Of a stretch of DNA of 17,184 nucleotides, positions 9,377 to 17,184 are shown piece after piece. The stretch is from contig CBFFRP010000005.1 of NCBI GenBank assembly GCA_965644295.1, positions 1 through 17,184 of the forward strand, given 5' to 3'. The first letter of the stretch is position 1. The number at the start of each line of letters is the position of its first letter. The notes below the pieces were generated by a model. The model was given only the letters and a program-made list of their open reading frames with translations, did not search any database and had not been told where the DNA came from. The translations under genes were made by a program, and so were the position numbers. This stretch comes from Paraphysomonas bandaiensis (lineage: Eukaryota > Protista > Chrysophyceae).

Positions 9377-10521
9377 TAAGGAACTCTTTGGAATCAACTC
9401 TGAAACTATTTGGAAGAAATAAACAACACTGGAAATAAAGAAGGAAGTCAGTCATTAATGAGTTCACTCCAGATTTTGTTATCCTTTTCAATAAGGTTTA
9501 TATATCTTATAAAGTTATTAATAGTAATATTTGTTGATGCAGGACGAAACAATACCGTCAGGCGTGCAGATGAGAGAGTTGCTCGTCAAGACGGTGGAGC
9601 TCTCCTGGAATCGTAAAGAAGCTGAAAGGATAAGAAGAGAGCTGGCACAAATCTCGAAGGCGAGGACAATGACACTAACAGCAACGCCAACCAATGATAA
9701 TTATCTTGGTCCGATTGATTTTCTGTTATCCATGCAAGTTCTATTTGTTTTATACAGGAGAGTTTAAGTGCCATATCTGATGCTGTATAGGAAGTTAAGG
9801 GCAGTAACACCCAGCTCTTTCAACCCAGCTCTTTCAAGGTGTCCGTCACGACGTCGTGCGTATCATGATTGTGCGCCTCATCCTACTATCATTCAAATCA
9901 GGTGCACTCGCAGAGGTTGAGCGTGTTTATATAAATGTGATGATGATGCTAATCAAGGCAATAAAAAGCATCGTGCTTGAAACATTTGATACGTAATTCG
10001 AAAACGCGTTCTGATTGCTTGCCTGTTGCAGTGTGACATGGAATATAATACAATACCAAAAGTCATACCTTCATAAGTTGTGGGATCTCTTATCCTTGTA
10101 TTCCTCAGCAGGACTCCCCATGGTGTGTTATCGTAGCCAATCCGTTCGTAGACATTTCTTCTTGCAAAGATATGATCCTAACTGGACGCTGGAGATTGCT
10201 TCATGAGCTGTTTGATCAAGGATGTCCTGCACAGACAACTTTCGGGACAATGCACCCACGCATGAAATATCATGCTATCAACTTTACACAGTCACTTGTG
10301 ACTTGTGATGATGCTTAATGCTTTGCTTCGCAGTATATTCAGTGAGATCTAGCGAGCAGAGAATGAGCAGAATTCAAAATTCTAAAAAGAATCGCTGTTT
10401 TGTCTTTTGTCTATCTGTGTGCACTATAACTTCAGCTCCATTTGCACCCGACAAAAACAATTCTGATGAAAAAAAATGTCTTTTGTCGTTTTGTCTTTTG
10501 TCTCCACTATAATTAGTGGCC
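9037..10521 (-). mobile_element. PIF/Harbinger-like transposon copy 2, inverted and truncated at the microsatellite
   Basis: Highly similar reverse complement of 14-1749, lacking 764-1263. Complete TIR GGCCACTAATTATAGTGG ends at 10521 and is followed by TTA (10522-10524), the TWA-type Harbinger target. Confidence 0.78.
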
Positions 10522-11023
10522 TTACATACATGTTAATAAGTTTCATTTTAGTTGCAGGTCATAAACCTGAGAATGTAACGGTTACACTATACATGTATAT
10601 ATATATGTCTTATATATAGTATAACAGTATAGTATCTAATCATGCATGTGTTGTTTGTGTATAATATCTATATATATATATAGTTAAGTTGATGTGAGAT
10701 TTTCATAAGTATTATTTCAGTATATTCATATGAAAAGTAACAAATATAATGCAAAATTTTAATAAAATGTTTTTAAAATATACATAGAATTGATAATATA
10801 CAACTAAACTGTAACTATATAACATTAATATAGTCTTCAAATAAGTACTTATATGACACTTTTCCATATAATATGAAACCTGATGAAATTACTTTACCAG
10901 TTTTACGATCACACCGACTTAAATAAGAATACCTGGGCTGATTATGACATATGAGAACGGTTGTGTATAGAATCTAGATTTACATCTATAGACTTACTAA
11001 CTTAATTTTCTATATAATACTAG

Positions 11024-12109
11024 TGCTGGCTCGTGGTAATTGATCTCAATGCCTTGAAAAACGAAGTACAGCTTTCAAGTGAGGGATTCAGAAGATTGTC
11101 AAATTCATCAATTATCAACACATACTTTTTATATATGTTGATATGATGTGATGCATAATGCATACATTATATGTTACTTTGAGATTACACACAACATGAA
11201 TTATTGATGATCTTATATCATCAGTAAAGCAGTGATCTCAGCTTTTCCGTCGACGTATTTCGACGGAGTTGTGTGTATGAATCATAAAGAGTTGTTCCTC
11301 CCTATGATCTCAGAGACAACATTACAAGATCAATAAAGAGGTACCCACAGTAAGGTTCAGAGCACCCTCATTGCCCTCCTCTATGTGTGTGGTACGACAC
11401 ATAGGATGGTATAATAAGGCGAATACAGAGTTTAAGCCACTACAGCTACCAGTGTGGATATGTATAACATATTATATATATGAGTTAGGGAATATACGCA
11501 TTATATGTATATATATGTATGTACTCCATTCAATGTCTCATAGGATTAACATCAGTCTGTATGTACAGGACGCTAAATACGACTGAGACGTCATATTTAT
11601 AGATTACAAGTATGATATTTCAGCTGTGGATATACTTTGGAGAGGAATTTATCGAAGAAGTCACCCCACTCAAAGTCATTCACAGAACACATGCAATGTA
11701 TGCATTATTGAATTGTATGATGGTCTTATATAGCTTGGTTTATGTATTTAGTTCTATATCTTAAGCCTTATAGAATGTATATCACCAGTTAATTAATGTA
11801 TGTCTAATATATATGTATGTCTAATATATATGTATGTCTAATATATATGTATGTATAATATATATGTATGTATACATGCATGTAAATATTTTGCATCACT
11901 AACTTATAGGCTACGATACCGATAATATCACGACTCACAACTGGGGAGTACTCACAGGTATCCCGCTCCATGAATTACGAAAAGAGGTGCATATTAGATG
12001 TGGCATGATATATATATAATATAGTAACATATGATACTATGTATTATTGTAAATGTGCAAGGTCGATGTAGCTGACCATAACGAGGAGTTTCTGTGTGCT
12101 ATGTGGTAA
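11024..12109 (+). pseudogene. Probable degenerate multi-exon gene, weakly glycosyltransferase-like
   Basis: Predicted exons ~11329-11408, 11569-11589, 11624-11697, 11910-11986 and 12062-12109 splice in frame to ...SLPSSMCVVRHIGWTLNTTETCGYTLERN...NWGVLTGIPLHELRKEVDVADHNEEFLCAMW*. Upstream blocks (CWLVVIDLN at 11024) are frameshifted or contain stops. Confidence 0.35.
11796..11874. repeat. 17-bp minisatellite (ATGTATGTCTAATATAT) x ~4.5
   Basis: Seen directly; lies in a predicted intron. Confidence 0.9.
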
Positions 12110-12912
12110 ACGTAATGAAAGTGTGCTGTGTGTTCGTGTGCTCCACAATTCATGTGTGAGGGATACGTTGTCTACGAGTATAGTCATAAGTCGAGCTGAT
12201 TCGAGAGTGCATTCATATCGACCTGTCTGTCCCAGGAATGGGGTAGAACAGAAAGTTAGATTACACATAAATACTTATACTACACTAGGACTTAATACGA
12301 CATCACAGCGTGCTTAAACCTGTAGCTTTAGGAGTAAGAGATAGACTAGCAACTAATTTACTATCCACTGGTGAAAGCGGACTACAGTTTGTGGTAGAAA
12401 GAGTGCTGCCGCATATCAATTGCAGTTTACTGAAGATTAAGATTAACTTTCTTATCCCTTACTACGGTAATCTATATTTTGTCCTCAGAACTTGTATCAT
12501 CCTACTTTCCGTACTGCTGAAAGATTCGCGATGTCGCTTGCGACTTCTCTCCTCGAGTGGTCAGTGAGAATAGTACAAGGTACAGTGTAGATCTAGCTAG
12601 AGCTTGCTTAGCGCCGACACATATAGAATACGGTGAGATTTTATTAACTATCTATACGATACTTAGCTTAATCAACACTAACGCTTTACTAGGGCACGCT
12701 CTCGGAATGGGGCAATTAAAATTCCAATTTCACGCTTACGATTACCGAATGCTACGACATAAGCATGTTTTACGCGCACGTACACGATAGGTGTAGTATG
12801 TATGCTAGTGTCAACTATGGCAGCAACTTATACGTAGGTTTTGATACACATGCATACTACAAATTGTAAAACCCAAATATATACGACCACCATTTCTCAA
12901 CTGTATACTAAA

Positions 12913-13356
12913 CTACACTATCATTAGAGCCATATTTAATTGTAATCGAGTCACACCTAGAACCTTCGCCACACGTAGTCGAAGATTTCTAGAACTTTGG
13001 CTTCCTTCATTCTCATTCTCAGTGTTAGTCTTTTCATCTGTCTCATATGTTGGATCGTATGCTCGCAATAGAGCCAAACTCTTCATTCTGTTCCAGTTAT
13101 TCCGCTGACCGCTAGGAAGAAACTCATTCTCTGATGCAACCAAATGTGCAATGGATAATGGAATCTCAACTTGTGGGATACTTCCATCAGGTAAAGGGAC
13201 AATATTTAAGGGTTCATCTTTCCCTATTGCAGCATTAGCCATCTTAGCCGTCATTGCACTGCACTGTGCTTCCACATCCCTGAGACGATGAATCAATGGA
13301 GATAATGCCCTATCAACTTCCTCTTGTATCAATCTACTAATAGATTCAGAGTCCAT
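12913..13356 (-). CDS. Hypothetical 147-aa protein (N-terminal coiled coil; loosely Mug135 C-terminal-like)
   Basis: ATG-to-stop ORF with protein-like composition in AT-rich surroundings; pattern A...N...L..VP.PDG..P...P...L...Y...R....LGV. Confidence 0.65.
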   Translation of the reverse strand: MDSESISRLIQEEVDRALSPLIHRLRDVEAQCSAMTAKMANAAIGKDEPLNIVPLPDGSIPQVEIPLSIAHLVASENEFLPSGQRNNWNRMKSLALLRAYDPTYETDEKTNTENENEGSQSSRNLRLRVAKVLGVTRLQLNMALMIV

Positions 13357-13403
13357 CTTATATGATATGTGCTTATTACTTGTCCTCTCAGTGTAATTGT
13401 GAG

Positions 13404-13666
13404 GAGGTCAGGTCAATGTGATATCATTCCAACCGATTTGGACGGAGGAATAGAAATCAGTGATTTTGTATATGAAAATCAGTGATTATGGGTAAAATTC
13501 ATGACTTATGTGTATGAAAATCAGTTTATGAATGATTTCTGTGTGTGAAATGATATGAGGTCAGGTCAATGATGCAGCCAGGACTGAGGAATAGAAACCA
13601 GTGGTTTTGTATATGAAAATCAGTGATTATGGGTAAAATTAATGATTTTTGTGTGTGAAAATCAGT
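13404..13666. repeat. Imperfect duplicated ~140-150 bp unit with internal TGAAAATCAGTG motifs between divergent genes
   Basis: GAGGTCAGGTCAATG...GGAATAGAAA(T/C)CAGTG(A/G)TTTTGTATATGAAAATCAGTGATTATGGGTAAAATT occurs at ~13404-13525 and ~13557-13666. Confidence 0.85.
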
Positions 13667-13940
13667 ATGATGTGTTGGGAGTGTGTAGTTATGGTATAAT
13701 AGTGTAGATGTACGTACATGTATGTAGAGTCCGTATATATATACTGCTGTACATACTCTGTACATACATGTATGTCCATACCTACTCCAGTGTATAGATA
13801 TACCCACACACACAGCAGTGTATGTATGTATATGTATGTCTACTCACAACTCGCAGTCGTCTATGACTCACTCCCTACATCTACACACCACATCACACAT
13901 ACATACATACACCTCCTTACACAATCTAATCTATCTGATC

Positions 13941-15774
13941 ATGACCACCCCATTACTCCCTTCCTCTTCCACTTCCCTTCCTTCACACTCTCTTGTCATT
14001 CTCATTCATCTCACTCTTATTTATTTCCTTGAAAACTATAGTCGCAGTCTCATCACCGTGTCGCCGATCCCTTATATACCATACAATACATACAAATACA
14101 GTCTATTAACAGGCCCCATATATGCAGTGATGTATACATACAGTGGTCTCGTCCTCTCACTTATACATACTTTACAATCCATACGCGTCATCTCACTATC
14201 CATTGCATGCTTTCTATTCTCATCTGCTGTATTCTTTACATCATTTACACAAAACTTTTGGCAGATATCTTTATTGCGTATGTTAATGGGATTAGCTCAG
14301 AGTATAGTCACACCATTTTCATGTGGTTTAATCAGTTATTACATTCATCCGACATATCGAGGGGGGGCGTATAGTGTATATAACTTTGGCGTGTATGTAT
14401 CTTTCTCTGTTGCCTTGTCATTAGGGACATACATGTATGATACATACGGATATAAAGCCGGTTACTTATTATTTGGTTTAATTGGTGTGTTATTTGCTGT
14501 ATTAACACCATTTGTTATCCCAGAACCACCTGATGATAAGGATTGTATTAGTTCAGATTGTCGAGAGGATGAGGATGGTGTTGAGGTTAGTCTTATGGGA
14601 TCAAATACACATCAACCGCATAGACAGGATGGTATGATGGATACACTGTTAAGAGTCTTACATGTATGGAGAGAGTCCCCTGCACTCTATATTCTCTGTA
14701 TTGGGACTGGAATCAGAATAGGTGCAGGCTATATATGGTCTGCCTACACGGCTGTGTACTTCTCTGAGATGTACGTTACCGATGAGGAACACAGTGGTAC
14801 GTGTACGTACTCCTATAATGCGACCTATACCGGCTCAGGAGGAAATACTTGTGGAGCGGAGTATCCCTATTGCTTTGCTTCAGGTTTGTAGTTACTTCTT
14901 GAACCGCATATTTGTTGTGAAACTTTTGAAGTGATGATGTTATGCGATGATACATCATCTAAGTGTATATGTACAGGGGAATGCAAGGATATCAATATCT
15001 TCCCGTGGCACAACAGTGGTGTATCGCACTCCCATCTCTATGCGTATATGTCATGGGTTCCGCTGGTTGGATCTGGTCTAGGAAGTATGTTGGGGGGATA
15101 TTTTTCTGACATACTGGTCAGAAGCAAGCATTATGGCCTTTATGGACGGCCTTTTGTAGCAGCTACGAGCTCCGTTGTTTCACTGCCATTTGTAATTCTA
15201 GCTCTGTTGGCAGGATATCCTGACTGCTTCTTGTATTTTATACCGTCAGGGCTGGTGAGTGGATGTCCTGCTTGTTAATTATTAAGTGTGGGAATGCTTT
15301 CCTTGCGTGCATATGCGTGACCTTTGTGGATTTTTGCCCTGACCTTAAGTATAGACTGGTGAGATGTACATTGGAGCATCGCTAGCCCTGGTAGCAGACC
15401 TTACTCCTGTGGATCTAGTGGTACCCTCTGTCGCGCTCTTTATGTTCATTGTTACCATCATTGGCGGGAACGCGACACTCTTGGTTCCTCTTACCACAAG
15501 TTATTTGATACCTCACACGTACCATAATTTTCAGTTCACTGCTGCTCCTCCTGTTGGATCTATTGATACCAGCAGTGGCCATAGTACCTACAGTTATAGC
15601 TACAGTGTGGACAGGCGCAGTGGGTATGATTTGCAAGAAGCGTTGCTTTACATTCAGTGTGCACTGTATTTTTTATCCGCGGTTGTGTACTACATGAGTG
15701 CCTGGGTCTTACTCAAGAAAAGACACACACTCTCCAAGTCGAGTAGCACAAGTGTGGAAAGAACGAAAGCTTGA
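13941..15774 (+). CDS. Major facilitator superfamily transporter (spinster-like), 3 exons, 546 aa
   Basis: Exons 13941-14883, 14977-15254 and 15355-15774 join via GT-AG introns into 547 codons. About 12 hydrophobic segments; MFS motifs LLRMLMGLAQS, RGGAYSVYNFGVY and GSMLGGYFSD. Confidence 0.9.
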
Positions 15775-15879
15775 TGGCAGCTGAGCCGTTTCAATATTTT
15801 TTTTGTCCTTTGGATGCAGTGGGACATTGTAGAATAGAATAGAGACGTGTAGCAGGTATATTTTTTTGTAGTCATAGTA

Positions 15880-15972
15880 CAGCATTATCATAGCAAGTTA
15901 TATAGAATGATGGAAGTACGGCGATTCAGCATTATCATAGCAAGTTTTATAGAATGATAGAAGTTCGGTGAT
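15880..15972. repeat. 47-bp tandem duplication (2 copies)
   Basis: CAGCATTATCATAGCAAGTT(A/T)TATAGAATGAT(G/A)GAAGT(A/T)CGG(C/T)GAT twice. Confidence 0.9.
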
Positions 15973-16256
15973 ATATTGCCATACCGTGCATTTTGAAGTG
16001 TACATAGTATGCGGATCGTACCGTCCAGACTCATCATAATATGCGTCGCTATTTAATATTATTACCGAATTACTTTTGAGAAAAGTCATGGTTGGGTGAA
16101 GGCTTCAAATCCAGAAGAGTGTGTACTAAGTTTAAGGCAGGGCCTGGTAATGTTAGAAATTGACATACTTAGTAATAAGACTTTGATAAACACATAGATA
16201 GAATATCATAATTATAAGAGATACCATTCTTCATTCATTGACGTTCACCAACTCTT

Positions 16257-16730
16257 CATCGGTGGACCTCAGATAAAGTACCTACTATGGGTACTTTATT
16301 AATTAAATCTCCTGGTACCTATTAGGAACTTGTCTAGTACCTAGTACCTATAGGTACATTTTAGCTCACAATAGGTAGCACCTATACCAGCTTCAGATAG
16401 AGTCCTATTTTTTGGTACCTAATAATTGCATTAGGAACCCCTATTAGGCACTACCTTTTTGACCTATTGGTACTAGGCAAGTCCCTAATACGGACCTATA
16501 GGTACGACCTATGCGTGTCCTATAGGTACTAAAAAGTTTCTAGTAGGTACTTATCGGTACCTATAGGTACTACGTACTACCTATTCTTGGCATTGCTACC
16601 TATAGGTGGTAGTACCGTAGTGCCTATAGGTGGCAAGACCAGCTATAGGTGGGTCCTATTTATTATTGGTACCTAATAATCGTATTAGCAACCCTATTAG
16701 GTACTAATTTTGACCTATAGGTACTACCTA
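16257..16730 (+). mobile_element. End of the TACCTATAGGTA-rich putative DNA transposon, copy 2
   Basis: Starts CATCGGTGGACCTCAG; dense palindromic (T)ACCTATAGGT(A) motifs and variants; inverted homologue at 7364-7623. Confidence 0.65.
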
Positions 16731-16749
16731 AACTTTAGAGGAATTAAGT

Positions 16750-17184
16750 CAATCCGACGGTTCCTTTCTCCGGTACCCCGACATGGGTTTCTCCGCCGAC
16801 AGAGGAGTTACACAAGGCGGAACAGAATCCACAGTTGCATGGATAGTCATCTTTGACATGATCCTCTGCTGGTCTGACCTTAATGATGACAGCCAGGACA
16901 AAGCGTACGCGGATGACCTCTCCCAAATAACCAACTCCATTGCCACCACGCAGGTGAAGGCAGATAGGCTCTCATCCTTCTGTGCATTCACGGGCATGCA
17001 GCTAGCCATTGACAAAACGGAATGCATCATAATAGGTGCTCCCTTCGAAGTTGAGGCCATGCTGGAAACAGAGCCCACCATAACCATTAGAGACTGGAAC
17101 TGGGCCCCACACACCATCCCAATCAGAGCCACCACAGTTCCCACCAAATACATCGGCGTCCTACTTCCATTCTCCCCACGAGAC
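16750..17184 (+). mobile_element. 5'-truncated non-LTR retrotransposon (LINE), reverse transcriptase motifs 4-7; runs off the window
   Basis: Stop-free + frame: RGVTQGG (16801), AYADDL (YADD 16906-16917), GMQLAIDKTECI and KYIGV (17146). Confidence 0.92.

Noticed and set aside
8894-9491. ORFs of MYVC/HTYI repeats
   Set aside because: Same microsatellite artefact.
14-10521. Single intact 10.5-kb cargo-carrying transposon
   Set aside because: The left TIR tip is missing, no TSD can be checked, and copy 1 has its own right TIR at 2244.
11246-11267. 8-bp stem TCCGTCGA/TCGACGGA as a Helitron 3' hairpin or terminator
   Set aside because: No CTRR terminus at the expected distance; the hairpin is isolated.
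12044-12790. Cluster of 73-85 aa ORFs
   Set aside because: No motifs, mostly non-ATG starts, and overlapping on both strands.
13526-14032. Short overlapping ORFs and the 13818 start for the MFS gene
   Set aside because: Low-complexity TG/CA-rich sequence; the ATG at 13941 sits just before TM1 and is more plausible.
16744-17153. Minus-strand 134-aa and 60-aa ORFs as genes
   Set aside because: The opposite strand carries the ordered RT motifs.
2490-17184. Diversity-generating retroelement (variable repeats plus an RT)
   Set aside because: Exon differences are not adenine-specific (TGG/TTG/GTG, GTC/GCC, CAG/GAG), and the RT is a truncated LINE-type fragment.

Overview
Eukaryotic nuclear DNA, AT-rich, with short GT-AG introns and (TACA)n microsatellites; a protist such as a stramenopile is an inference only. 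The window is a transposon-rich region holding two ankyrin-repeat genes. The first (2490-3982, +) is a 5'-interrupted gene in which each 33-aa repeat is its own 99-bp phase-0 exon; the exon+intron units are tandemly duplicated, mosaic, and differ almost only at amino-acid-changing codons. The second (7987-8865, -) is an intronless gene of ten 29-aa 'WLRSQDPPCPW' repeats. Both lie between two inverted copies of a PIF/Harbinger-like deletion-derivative transposon (14-2244 and 9037-10521). Also present: a 440-bp long-TIR MITE, a ~325-bp hairpin-dense island, LINE remnants including a reverse transcriptase frame (16750-17184) missing from the ORF track, two inverted copies of a TACCTATAGGTA-rich element end, a probable multi-exon pseudogene, a 147-aa hypothetical gene and an intact 3-exon MFS transporter. 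All calls were made by eye; no database search was run.
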